A stretch of 63,898 nucleotides of DNA, the filler included, from Asterionella formosa (lineage: Eukaryota): assembly GCA_002256025.1 (NCBI GenBank). It is 5 parts of 5 records of this genome, joined end to end, with 100 filler letters (N's around TTAATTAATTAA, not from the genome) between each part and the next. Parts side by side here need not be neighbours in the genome. Positions count along the whole stretch, not along the records: positions 1 to 29,040 come from NKIB01001100.1; 4 more parts are not named here. The stretch is one strand, 5' to 3'. Below are positions 1 to 12,907 of this stretch, in pieces (within the stretch, counting starts at the first letter, position 1; the number at the start of each line of letters is the position of its first letter). The notes under the pieces were generated by a model. It made no database searches, had not been told where the DNA came from, and was given only the letters and a program-made list of their open reading frames with translations. The position numbers were made by a program, and so were the translations under genes.

Positions 1-795
1 TACTAGTGCCTACGAGGACAAAAAGAATTATAGCACGTTACTTTGTCTATGACAAGAAAATTATTGGGTGTTTGGTTCCACCTCGAGAAAAATGTACAGG
101 GGGGTCCAGCAACCATAGGGGGGGTCCAGGACAATGAAGTATACGGTAGCTAAGTCACGAAGTGTGACTGACTATTTGTGTTCCAAGTATACCAGATGAA
201 GAATGACTCGGAGGACTCAACTAGGTATATCAGTTCATTGTTCCGACCAACCAAATTGTAGCTAAGTTAAGAAGTGTGACTGACTATTGGCCTGAACGGC
301 ATTTCATGTAAGCCTTCTTCAAATGCCCAATACGAATTGAATCCATCAAACAATGAGACAACTAAACCGAGCCGAATCCGTATTTGTAAAACCCTCTCCT
401 GCTTCGTTGCAGGACTTCGATTTGACGAAGGGCTTATTGTCAGCTTTTACTTAGGAGTGTGCTCGTCTGCACATATGTCCTCGTTTGCTTTAGCCTTACA
501 TACGTCTCACCTATAAGCTGTGTCTGTTTATAAAACGGTACATGTGTAGAAAAACACAGACTAACTTTCCCGTATACGTAGGTAGAACAGCCCATGTTTA
601 CAAGATGTATGTATATCTACCGGTAACAATCACACCACGGGCTGATTGGTAAAAACTTTTACTTTCTAGCCAACGACAAAAGATACTATTTTCTTGTCCA
701 ACGAACGATCACATTCCACTCGCTTTCTTGATCCTCTATTCACCATTACTTCTCCACAATCCATTCGACAGCGTGGTTCTCCGCTTCTTGCGAGC

Positions 796-1736
796 ATGGA
801 CCTCGAAAGTGGAGCCGCGAGTTTGTCCATGACCGATGTAGACATGACCAAAACAAAGTCATTAGGAGGTCACAAAATGACTTTTGTGGGGTACATTACC
901 TATCTCGGAGTCCTGGCGAGCAGTAAGTTAGGCGTAGTTCCAGCCTTGATTTGTTCTTCGACGTACCATGTACTAGCCAGCTAGAATGACACCAATTGTT
1001 TCTTTTCCACGTTATTTCAGTGGTGACAGCATGCTTGGCAATGGCCATTTCTCAATCTGCTGTGGTATATGCTCTTGGTTGTATTTCTCTCATTGTGGCT
1101 CCGGTGGCTGCCATTCAACGCGTGATACTTGGGAACATGGAAAGTACGTTACCACTTTTTGATTCATGCTTTTTCCATATCTAGCTAGTACTTTTTGGAA
1201 CGATCCTTGCCTCAATAATATTTCTTTCAACAGCATTTCGCGAGGTGCACAATGCTCTTCGTCAAGAGGTCAATCATTTGCAAGTAGATAACAACGACAT
1301 GACAATGCAAGTCAATAGTTTGAAACGCCAGTCAGAACGAGTGAAACAGATTGAAAGTGGACTCAACACTATCATTGCATCTCAGGGCCAATCAATGGAA
1401 ACATTTGTCAAGACAGTCAAGGAAAATGGTCAGATTCAAATCGAAATTGAATCCTTGTTATTGTTGGACGTGACGCAAAGTATCATAATGACTGTCATGC
1501 GTGCTGATATGGATCAAGATTTTCAAATTGATCCTGAAGAAGTGGATGCATTAATTCTACGCATTAAGACACTACCTGGGGTCGAAATGGTCGATGAAGC
1601 ACAGATTCGGGCATTGTTGCGCCAACAAGGAAATGGATTAGATGCCGTCATGGCCATGGTGAGGAATATTCATTCGCAAAGTCAAGACAAAAAGTTGGTT
1701 CAAGTCAATTCGAGAAATCTACTGATGAAATTGTAG
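796..1736 (+). CDS. 2TM + coiled-coil + EF-hand-like loop protein (paralog 1 of 3); exons 796-922, 1021-1143, 1234-1736
   Basis: GT-AG introns (gtaagt 923..cag 1020; gtacgt 1144..cag 1233) join the ORFs at 694, 996 and 1245 in frame. Two hydrophobic helices, a heptad-rich region and the loop DMDQDFQIDPEE. Colinear similarity to the genes at 10084 and 11836. Confidence 0.85.
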
Positions 1737-2095
1737 GCGGAGTACTATTTTACCTCAACTGATATAAAGGATGAATTTGGTTGTCGAGACATTTGATCCA
1801 TCCAAATACACTCCATGGTACAGGGTATTTCAATGCCGGTCCTCGGAGTACCCATACATATAGGAAATGCCGGTATTATTATAGTCTATATATTCGTCTA
1901 CATGTGTACGTATACCGGCCCACTTCTAATAGAAATAACGCATATGTACCGGGTGTATTTTATTATCATTGTTAAATTTATATCTATATCTGCATGGGAA
2001 AATGTGAATCATGGTCATTAATATAAATATAAATAAAATTTTCTTATCATGATTAGCAGTCTTATTAGGTACAAACAAACATTAACACCACAATC

Positions 2096-3825
2096 ATGAT
2101 GAAGGAGACGACGCCTCTTATTCGTCGTGAGGACTTGGCAGCAGAGGGGACACATCATCATGGTGTTCCTCGACGGAGATCTCAAGTAAGAGAGTTTAGA
2201 AACCTGCCTCACTTTGAACATCATTTCTTATTTTGCTTGCACACACGCTATCAATATGTACACCGTATGCCTGCCTGCCTGCCTGCCTGCTTGTAATCTA
2301 ACTTGTACCAAAACGACTGACGGTAATACTTTGTTATACATTCCCTTGTACAATAACTCACTCACACTGACGCACACAACATACATTTGATATTACATTG
2401 CAAAACCAGCATGTTGTTGGCGTTAGGAACGATCATGACTGGGAGGATCAACCCTCATCGTATGCGCCCTCCTTGCAGGAATTTGACAAGGAAGATCGAC
2501 GTCTATCAAGGAGGATTGGAGACTGTTATCTGAGTTTCCTGTGGAGAATCAGAGATGCGTTTGCCAAGATTTCCCCTAAACAAGATCCGATGAAAGACGA
2601 CGAGGGTTACTATCTTGACAATTACAACGACCAGCCGTGGCACTGTTCCTTTGGGACGGCGGAGGTAAATGGGATTTGGATGAATAGAAAAGATCAGGCA
2701 GGAACCATTATGAGTCTGTTAGTGTGGCTATTGATTAGTGAGTACCTGATGCCATCAGGACAATACAAAAGGCAGCTGATTATAAATACACACATTAGCA
2801 GAAACAATGGAGAACCTGTCAACGACTCACACACCGCAATTCTTGTGCGCAACTCCCAACAATATATATATAGTCTACTCAGGAGTTACTGTGACGCTTT
2901 TGGCAGAACACAATCACTTGCCAAATATCGTTGCCATCATTTATTGTACCATTTGTGCATTGGCACTGGCAAGTCATGCGAAAACTATGTTTACTGATCC
3001 TGGAGCTGTCCCACTATCGGCTGTTCCATTACTAGATGCACAACATTCAAACACTGTGACAATACACACCATGTGCTCACATTGTCAATCCTACAAGCCA
3101 CCTATTTCGCATCATTGTAGAATTTGCAATCGATGCATAAGTCGAATGGATCATCATTGTCCATGGATGAACAATTGTGTAGGAGCAGGGAATATGAGTA
3201 AGTGACGTGCTATTGCTATTGTTGTGTTTGCCATTTACATTGTAGATACCCACTGCCTATACTTGGTTGTCATGATGGGATCGAGACTAACTCTAACCCA
3301 CACCCACACTCACACATCTTTCCATCTACAAAATCATTCATGATAGAACACTTTATCTTATTTCTATGTTACACATGGACTGCAGCAACATTTGCATTAC
3401 TCATCTTTTCCACCAATTACTTTTTTTGCTATTCTGAAGAATGCAACTTTTCGACTGTTCTTGTCCAATTGGTCCGCGCCATGACTGTCATTTGCATTGG
3501 CTCTGTCTTGTTTACATCCAGTATGATCATGAATGTTCAATATGGTGTCATGACAGGAATTGGAACCATTGATCGACTCAAGAAAAAGGCACAAAATACC
3601 TTGGCCCTTAGTGAGGAAGAGGCAGTGCCGTTGACTAGTATATTTGGGATTGGACGATATTGGACCTGGTGGTTTCCAATGGATCCCATTTATGAAGATT
3701 ATGATTCCATTATGGGATTTAGTGTACCGCAACGGTTGTTACGAGAACAGATTGATCTTTTTCCAGCAACGGCAATGAATGGGAGTCATTCCGTAGCGTC
3801 CAGCAGGGGGTATTCACAAGTGTAG
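2096..3825 (+). CDS. DHHC-type palmitoyltransferase; exons ~2096-2185, 2410-2737, 2874-3197, 3347-3825
   Basis: TDPG motif and Cxx[36 protein letters not shown]; three GT-AG introns restore the frame (..GNM|KHF). Confidence 0.95.
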
Positions 3826-5149
3826 AGTACTGATGGTACCGGTAGTCTTTCTTTGCAATTGTTTCAGCAATTTTATGTTGGCTGAGCCATCTTAATAGTG
3901 GGACGGGTGTTGTAAAGGCGAATATATCGTGGGACTAATCATTTTGTCTTTACACTTATTTTTTTTGCTTCTACAATAAAAATTCCTTTTATATTGTGTT
4001 TCATTGAATCAAATCAACGATACCTATCCAACAAAAAGGATCAAACTCAGTGGTTCAATGTCATTCGCCTTTGGCCCAAGGCAGCAGCAGCGTGATGGTG
4101 ACTATTATTTTTGTCAATGATTGATTTGTTTATACATCCGAAGTCGTTTCATCATCCCATTCTTTTTGGAAATAGCTGATTCTACTTTAATGGTTGGTCG
4201 ACTTTTCCATTTGAACCCACCAAGTGGAAGAACACATATTCCACCCTCCGGTGGAGACTTGTCCTGATGGCCTTGATGACAAATGTTCAAGGCAATGATA
4301 CGATCTTTAATGCTGCTGCTGTTATTGTTGCTGAAGGAATTGGGATTCTGTGCTGGCTTGATGCGTTGTTTTTGCTGTTTTTCAAATTCAATGATAACGG
4401 GAACATCGTCAAGATGATTCAACAACATGTCGAGTGGTTGAGGTATGTTCAATGTATAAATATTAGTGGAAAATATACGTTTGCTTTTTCAATAGAATTG
4501 TGGTGTCACTAACTTTTCGTCCATTATCGCATCATCCGGATCTCCAGACTCCCCAAGATTGACAATGAATTCTTTCAGTCCAGTCCAATACGGTCGACAC
4601 AGAAGGAAACCGAAGGAACAAAATGAAACTGCTCACAATGTTTTGACAGGAGCCGTTTCAGTGCAGTTGTCTGTCGAATTACAAATTATGTGTATGTGTC
4701 ATCAATCTCTAAGATTTTGTTGATGTGATAGTCGTTACGACTCATCACAAAATAGAATCAGTTGTAACATGCCTTCATGATTGACAAAGAAACGGCTTGC
4801 GCAATAATTGATATTTCGAATTCCATGAAACCGAAACAAAAGTAAAAAGTCAGTAAAAGCCTACCCTACCTTACCTGCAGTGACTGTTATAGATTTATGA
4901 AATAAATAAATTGCCGTAATATATTTTACGTTTTGTAAACTAATTGACATCATGTAAATTTATTCACGAGGAACCTGAATTCTTCATTCTTCAGTTCGTT
5001 CTGTCATTGTCGTCGTTATCCATAAGCATACAACAAAGCTGTTCATGAACATTGGCATTCATACCGTTCTGCTATCCCCAATGTTCAGATTCAAAATTAT
5101 ACTCCTCAATTATCAATCTCCGGTTGTACGCTCCTCGAATCATACTCAG

Positions 5150-5491
5150 TTAGGTATGACTGAGCAGATTCAAACTCTTTCCCATGACCATCTTTTCTTG
5201 ACAATTCCAGTACTCCGAAACAGCTTTCTTCAGTTTCTTTTCGAGATCGACTTGTTTCGTTGCGCTGTCATTATTCATGCGAGCAAAAGGCGCAAATGAC
5301 TTTTGCCAGTTCGAGTTGTTTGTCAACGAGTACTTTGCCATCTTCCAACCCAAATATGTGTCACTGTTGGAAGAAAGAAGTGAGTCCATCACCTTTTTAT
5401 GACCAACTCCTGGTGAGTACCAGTAAGAAGCCTTGTCGTCGTCAATCGTGGAGTCCCAATTCCAATAGGACTTTGACTCTTCTGTTGTCAT
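5150..5491 (-). CDS. Small hypothetical ORF with repeated SYW/EYW motifs; possibly frameshifted
   Basis: 113-aa ORF with an upstream TATA-like tract (~5588-5598); no recognisable domain. Confidence 0.3.
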   Translation of the reverse strand: MTTEESKSYWNWDSTIDDDKASYWYSPGVGHKKVMDSLLSSNSDTYLGWKMAKYSLTNNSNWQKSFAPFARMNNDSATKQVDLEKKLKKAVSEYWNCQEKMVMGKSLNLLSHT

Positions 5492-6639
5492 GTCACTGGA
5501 ATCATTGCAGCAGTGGGAGAAACGATCGTTGGTTACTACTTCCTTGTCAAGACCCTCGAAAACTGGAGAAATGTAGAGAGCTTTGGCTATATATAATAGG
5601 TGACATGCTGTTCAAGGGATGCAAACAAATATAATAATGGATAGAAACAAAACCGAACAAGGATCCTTTTTATGAGAGGATCAATCACATGAAGAAACAA
5701 GGAGGATGCAGAAAAGTCGTGAAAAGTGTGCATAATTGTTCCTTTGTTGTCTCCAAACTACCGAAAATTGAGAAGAACAAGAACAGGGGCAATATTCCCA
5801 GTTGCCAGGATAAATTGCTGAGTGTTCGTATTGATACAACCTGTGCCGGGGACATGAAGGTATGTAGAACGAATGCTTCTTTAAACATACTTACTCAGGA
5901 CCAAATTTTACTTCTCGGTTTGTAGTAGCAGGTACCAGGTTCCTTATACCTGGTAATATGTACAGTAGACAGTATTATGTATTGGTATCATGTATATCCT
6001 TTTTAACTCTTCATAATGACTTCCACATTAAATAAAGAAGCAAGCAAAGAATACACCTTCTTTTTTATATAATATAAAGAAATTTATCTATCGGTCCGCT
6101 AGAAGAGCCTACTGGGTTAATGTTCGTTGCAGACATTCAGAAAGTCATTTAATCCCAAGATGAGCAATGCAGAATGATGCCAAAAATAGCATTTGTCGTC
6201 ATCATACCAGGTACCAGGTGCATTACTTATCAAACACAGCTGTTCTGCATACTTACCTGCACAGGTATTCAGGAAAGCAGAAAACGCAAGCGGAATGGCT
6301 GACATACAAAGCAACAAAGGAATTACAGTACCAGGTACAAAGTGGGGTAAGAAGGAACCTAGTACCGGTACACCAATTCCGTTTGTACTACGTAATGTGA
6401 TGGTGTACACTTTAAATACGAAACGGGCATACAGAACCCTTCAATAATACAGCCGAGACCTATTTTGTTATCTGTATCTTGTTACAGGTTTCCTACAGCC
6501 ATAGTAATAGAAAAGTGTTGAGCTGTTCTTATTATGCAAGCAGGATTAGTACCTGGTACTAGGTACAATGATGCATATGTAGGGATGCAGTATATCGGTA
6601 CCGGTACATACGAGAGGGGACTATGAAACTCACCATTCG

Positions 6640-9280
6640 ACTCATACTTCTACATTTTTGACGAAATTCTACCAAAGTAGTATTTTTCTGTAGGGCTCCG
6701 GTAGTGTTCTACTCTGTCATTGACCGGAACCCCTCCCTTGCTTGACCGTGGTGAAAATATGGTATAGAGAAAGGCAAAAATTTTACCCAGTAGTACTGGG
6801 GGTAGAATTTTTTTTCACATTTTTGTAGAATATTCTACCAACGGACCAATGGAACCCTGCAGTATGCCATGGTATTGTCCAAAAAATTCTACCACAATAC
6901 AACATGGTATGAAATGGAATTGAAGTAAAAAATAAAAATAAATATCAACATGGCGACAATGCCAACAAGAAGAGTAAATGAACCTACACAATCCCCTGTT
7001 TACAAGAGTGTCCTAATTGCTATGATGTCATACAGAGATGGCATAGAATATTATAAAAGCTACGAGTTTGGTCCAGAGGAACTTGGGGAAGTCATGGCCA
7101 TCCTGATCCAAACAATGATGACAATCCAACACGGCCATCTTCCCTGGAATACTACAAAAAGGCATTGTCATATTTTATGCCAAATCGACTCTCCACTTGG
7201 AATGCTATTATGCACAGTGGCAATCCAACAAGGTAGCTATGTGCCTGTCAATAACCTCATCAAGGCAGTAAAAAAGAAGGAAGTGCGCAGACAAGGGAAA
7301 CCATCACAAGCAAGGCGACCCTTAGAATCCCAAGAGTTCTCCAATACAATGCATATCCTTCATTCATTCAAGGACAGTATCCATCGGTATCAGTTGCCTG
7401 CACTGTGTGCCTTTCAATTCCACATGGTCGGCTGAATTGACGATTGTGTGCAATTAACAAAAATAAACCTAACTGCAAATCTTCGATTTAATTTCACTCT
7501 GATGGCCAAGCTTTGCTCATTGCATCCATGTCGCAAGACTATTGCGTTCTCCTTGCCTTGGCTGTTCATCTTGAGACAGAATGTATGGAACAAGGCGCAT
7601 CACCCGAAAATCCATGGATGTTTTCTCTACAAACCAACAATCCATCAAATGCAAAAAGAAAGGCCTATACAATTCTGCGTGATGATGTATGGGAAAGTAG
7701 TTAGTTCAAACGAATGAACAATGGTTTGATTGGCACACACAGCCTTCGGAAGTACCCATCAACACTGCACGTCGAAATGGCTGCTCCCGGGATGATGTTG
7801 CCTTCCGTGGACGCTGGAAACGGCGCACAGAACAAGTTGACACTTACATTGATGTTGAGCTACCTTATCCAGACGCCAAGGTTGCGGCAGCCCTTTGTAT
7901 TGGCGGCCCATGCAAGTATGTTCTGAATGAAGAAAGCGGTGTGTCTGATGAATGGCTTCTGCAATATGTAGTGCCAATTATATGCATGGAGTTTCCACGA
8001 AATGTGGCACTAACGCTGGCATGTCCACTCCTTTGGGCGGCTTTTGAGCCAAGTCTATTGGGTTTCTTACCATGCAAGCTGACACAACGGATCCAGATGG
8101 CATACGCACTTGTATGTATTCTACCACCAGGTACAAATCCTGTGGGGAAACGTGTAATTGTTGTGAATGTTGCAGAGGCGGAACTCTACATTGACGAGAT
8201 CTGGGATCCAGATGAGTTTTCGAACGATGTGCTGGGTGAAGAAGTCGCTGAAGTGTCAACAGGAGTAGCTGCAGTTTCAACAGTAAGTAATGGAGGAGGA
8301 GAAGTACAGCAGCACCACCAACAACAAGCCGTCAATGCATTTATTCAGAGGAACCGGAACAAGAACGAATTCCTTGGGCTGTAATCACAGGAAAGGGAGA
8401 TTCAACAAGAGGTGAAGGAGATTAAAAGCCAGATTTCCATCCTTACAAGCACTGTGACCAAAGGGATGCATGGGCAAGATGCAGACAAGCTTGAATCGAC
8501 TTTCCCGGATGCTGGCACAAATGCTCAGGGGCAGTGTTTCTAATTTTGCTTTCGGCATAACAAATGCCAACAACAACCCGAATTCAAATGTCGAAAATGT
8601 TGCTGTCATAGCTAGGAACCAACAACAACAGCCAAGCAAACAATGACGACGAACAAAAAATATGGCTTTGGATCCTGTTCACAATAGTAGCCTTTCCAAG
8701 ACACCAAAAACACTATTTGTTCTTTCGCAAGAATGGGAAGTTGGAATTACAGGACGAAAACCAGCAAGGATATTTACAAGGGCAGAGAGGGGGAGGACAA
8801 AATTTATCTATTATCGACGCAAGGTTTTCTGGGATACAGTGGCAGGTCTTGTTCGAGCTGGGTACACTGCACATGCTGCAATCGACCGAATCTATGAGTC
8901 ATATGGTCCAGAGAACGAAGACTGTTACTCAAATTCTCAACCAAATGTTGAAAGATCGCCGCAATGGCGGGCATCCACAGCTACGTGTCTAACTAAATTT
9001 GCATATTAACTATTAGGAAACTACTACATGCTTACATTCCATTCTCCTTTGATTTACAATTTACATTCTGACTTCATTTTATTTTCGCATGCATGATATG
9101 ATAGCATGCATAAACCGGTATATTGTGGCTATTTACATACAGGCAATATTTGACATGTACTGCCAAGCCAAAAATGATCGAGACCATACTCCAGTGCATG
9201 CTTTGTATGTCATGCTAGTAAACTACTAGTGCTCTAGCTTTCACTACGGCAAAAAATGGTAGTATTGGGGGTAGAATTAA
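6640..9280 (+). mobile_element. Decayed Crypton-like DNA transposon (tyrosine recombinase + C-terminal GCR1_C-like domain); boundaries approximate
   Basis: Frameshifted reading gives HMVG*IDD, GTHSLRKYPST, GRWK..VDTYID (YR catalytic R, HxxR, W, Y positions), then QEWEVGITGRKPARIFT..ERG..KFIYYRRKVFWD (GCR1_C-like). A 20-bp direct repeat lies at 6790-6809 and 9259-9278. Confidence 0.8.
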
Positions 9281-10083
9281 TTGTCAATACTGGCACAATA
9301 CTAACTAGTAGTACAAGATTTATCGTCTGATATCTGAGATTTCTGTAGACAACTAGCTAGGAGTACCAGTTACCAGCATTACAGGCATTAATCAATTCAT
9401 TATGTAAACACATCTGTCATGATCAGTCTAACTGATGCTCATGTCCTCTACTAACATTTTATGGCATGAATTTTCAGCTATGTCGCTACTAGAACATAGT
9501 ATGCACCACCATGTTGTACAGCTAAAAAAGAAAATTGTATTGAATCCACTCTCATCAAGCGAGCTGGTTGGGAATCCTTGTCTGTAGCATTCCATCCACT
9601 TTAAACTTTATGTAAGGATAGCAAATTTTAGAGAGTACCATATTCCTTAGGCATTAGGCAGCAATATTAGCCACTCAGCTGGCCACCCACAAACACGCCC
9701 CCAGAGGGTTAGCTAGCTACATGGATAGGATCATTAGTTATAACTGTACTACCAGATTGCTCTGCTGTCAGAAGCTGCCCAGTGCTGTGAATAATTAACC
9801 AGAAAAAGTATGGTTCTCGAAAATTCAAATATGATAGTGTCATAGACCTAATTCCAAAGAAATCAAATTGGCCTCCATAATTCATCCACAACCATTTGCG
9901 CACTGTGGGTGCATGACTTCTTATTCATATGGTGAGTTGCCTTAGTTCTCTCCACGCCGAGCTCACATGCACACATCTGATAATGACTTGGAAACAAACA
10001 TTCCAAGAATATTTATCTTAGTTCATCGCTTAAAATCTAAATAGTATCTTCCTTCGACTTGCAGATATATATAAATATACATA

Positions 10084-10966
10084 TTATTTCAAGAGCGATG
10101 CTGGTTGAAGATGAAAGATGTTATCATTTTCTGGGATCCCATCATCCATCAAGTTTCGCAACATACCCATGAGGTCCGATAGTTTCAAATCTTTCGAGCC
10201 CATCATCTTTCTAAAATTTTTTTCATCAAAGGCAACACCAGGTAAGCTGCTGAGCCGCAACACTAGCATTTCCTTTTCTCCTGCATTCAGGCAAAAGTCT
10301 TGGTTGCTATCCGCTTGAACCAAAACCTGCAGAACAGATTGCATAACTTCCCTCTCCAAATTAGCTTTGATTTTGGTTTGAATGCCCTTCATTTCCGTAA
10401 CAATTTTAACCAGACGAGTACTGTCAGTGTTGGCGTCCTTGGCAATTTGCGTTAGTGCTGCTTCAACGCCTTCAAGTCTATTCAATGGCGAGAAAATTAA
10501 GAAGAGTTGCAGAGAGTCAGACTTGCGTGCATCATCATCCAAGTCATGAAGAAATGATGACTTACTTTCCGACATTTACTTCCAACGTATCGATACTAGC
10601 TGCTAACGTATTGTTTTCAACTTGCAGGCTATTAACATGTTGTCTCAATTCATTCTGCTGTCCTCTCAAGCCTCCTAATTCTTTCAATTCTCGTTTTTGA
10701 TACACACAGTACGGTGCAAGTCCCATGGTCATGACAGAGGCCACATCGACAAGGTATCCCTGTGTCATCATCATGGACACCAAACTCCCTCCAACGCCCA
10801 CAAGAGCAACAGAATCCAAGATTCCGGGCTGAACCTTATGAATCATTTGATCCGTGTCCTCGCCCTGAACAGTGCCATCAGCATCATTTACAGGAGAGTC
10901 ACCAATGGCAGCGATCTGACGTTTGGCCAACCAGCAACCGCCGACAAGTTTGGCAGTCAGTGACAT
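10084..10966 (-). CDS. 2TM + coiled-coil + EF-hand-like loop protein (paralog 2); exons 10966-10566, 10477-10084
   Basis: GT-AG intron 10565-10478 joins VGK|LEGVE; loop DSNQDFCLNAGE; similar to the genes at 796 and 11836. Confidence 0.85.
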
Positions 10967-11835
10967 GATTGCGAATAGATTTGATGATTTCCAAGAATGT
11001 GATTGTACAATTCCTCTTGATTTGACCACGGTAGCAGGTACTCCTGCCGGTGTACAGTAATGCTGGTGAAATAATAACACTAAAATTATAGATAAATCTG
11101 CAAGTGCCGGTATGTTTATTTAGATACACTCGAATAATAAATCATATTATACTTTTATATAATTACTGGTATGCTACATCCGGTGCTAGTTTGTCGACCT
11201 TGCTACCGATACCGTTCATATTTTACATGATGCTATGATTCAATACCGGTACGCATCCTACTGGGACTTCGACTATTGCCTCATACCGGTACATACCGGT
11301 AGTCAATTTCATCCCATATATTTATAATTGACACGTAAATGAGCATACCGGTATGTGTAATTGAAAGGATCTTGTTATATACTGGTATGCATCGTAGGTA
11401 TGTAAGGCTAGGGTTAGGGTTTGGGGGACGAAATATCTTTTTCCTAAATAATTTATTGAAGTGTTGTTCACCGGCATAATCTTGAATCTCTCAATATAGA
11501 AAACATTTCAACTACCGGTATGTACTAATAAAGACAGTGAATCTTTTCTGATCCCATGCCCGTCATCCTCATCACGACTATTTTTTACCGTACTTGGTTA
11601 CACTATGTAATCAAGGCAGCTAAAACAATAAACAGATGCATGAAAAGCAATAACATGAACAAAATGAGGCCAAAAATCAGATTTCATCCCAGCGATTGAT
11701 CCTCCTCCGAATATCACATACACACACTACCGGTACATAATTACCGCTACCACGTAGTACCGATAGTAATCTACATATTACCGGAGCCATCATCTGCCAG
11801 AGCAGGCTTCCACTGTATTTGTTCCACTAACCGTC

Positions 11836-12907
11836 ATGGCAACCACCAACAGCCATGATATCGAAGCACCTTCCGAGACAACGCCATTGATCTCGGCAAA
11901 GGCAGGTGACGAGGAACCCGAACCTTTGAAAGACATCAAGGCCCATACTGCCAAGGAACGGATAGTGGCTGCAGCGGCAGCAGTCAGTTGTAAGATTCTT
12001 GCACCGACGGGTCATTCGTGTCATGCGTATCTTGTCCTTTTCTCACGAACTCTCATTTGATATATGTATATCTATCTATATATATATGTTCATCAATGCG
12101 TACATGCCTTTACAGTTGGAACATCCGTGGCTGCCATGATGGTCGAATCGAGTCCTGTAGTGTACGTCTCGGGGTGCATTGGAGCTGCCGTGGCACCGTA
12201 TGCGGTCATTCAACAGCAGAAATTGACTCAATGTGAAGCATTGAAGCAAACCAATGAACGCATGGGAGAAGAAGTGACGCAACTCAAGGAAGAAAATCTT
12301 CGGTTGCAAGGGACTGTGCAAGAACTAGAAACGTCAGTTATGAGGTGAGGACAATGCAGGGTTTTCTGAGTATCGTGGTTTGGTTCTCGTTGTTGATTAA
12401 GAAATACCCACCTCTCTTTCTCTCGCTAATTCTCACACAAAATTTTGAATTGAATTGAATTGAATGGGCTCCAAATTAACCATCACGCTGCTCCACATGC
12501 ATAGTCTCCAAGAAATGCAGCAAACTCTTGACACCGTTCGCTCCATTGAAGGTCAATCAATTGATGAACTAGAACGTCAACTGGAAGAATCTCGTACCAT
12601 TTTGGATTCGATGCAAGACAATCTCCGTGGTGACATTCTTCAAAACCTCATTTCTGTTGTCCTTACTGTAGACAATGATGATGATTCAACATTAAGTACT
12701 GTGGAGATTGATAAATTGATTGCCAGAATTGAAGGTATTCAAGGTGTTGATCTAAAGGAGGACTTGTTGCGCAAAAAGTTGGTAGAAAATGGCAGATCGT
12801 TGAATGCTATTATGGAAGTGGCAAAGAATTTGTTGGATGAAACAACTCCTGATGATCAAAATATTTTTCATTTTATGAATGCTCAACAAGAAAAGGCTTC
12901 TGCATGA
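11836..12907 (+). CDS. 2TM + coiled-coil + EF-hand-like loop protein (paralog 3); exons 11836-11989, 12116-12344, 12505-12907
   Basis: Two GT-AG introns give an in-frame product (VS|FGT, MS|LQE); loop DNDDDSTLSTVE; divergent from paralog 2. Confidence 0.85.

Noticed and set aside
2268..2292. (GCCT)n microsatellite
   Set aside because: Ordinary intronic simple repeat.
4114..4452. 112-aa minus-strand ORF
   Set aside because: Non-ATG start, no domain and no convincing splice model.
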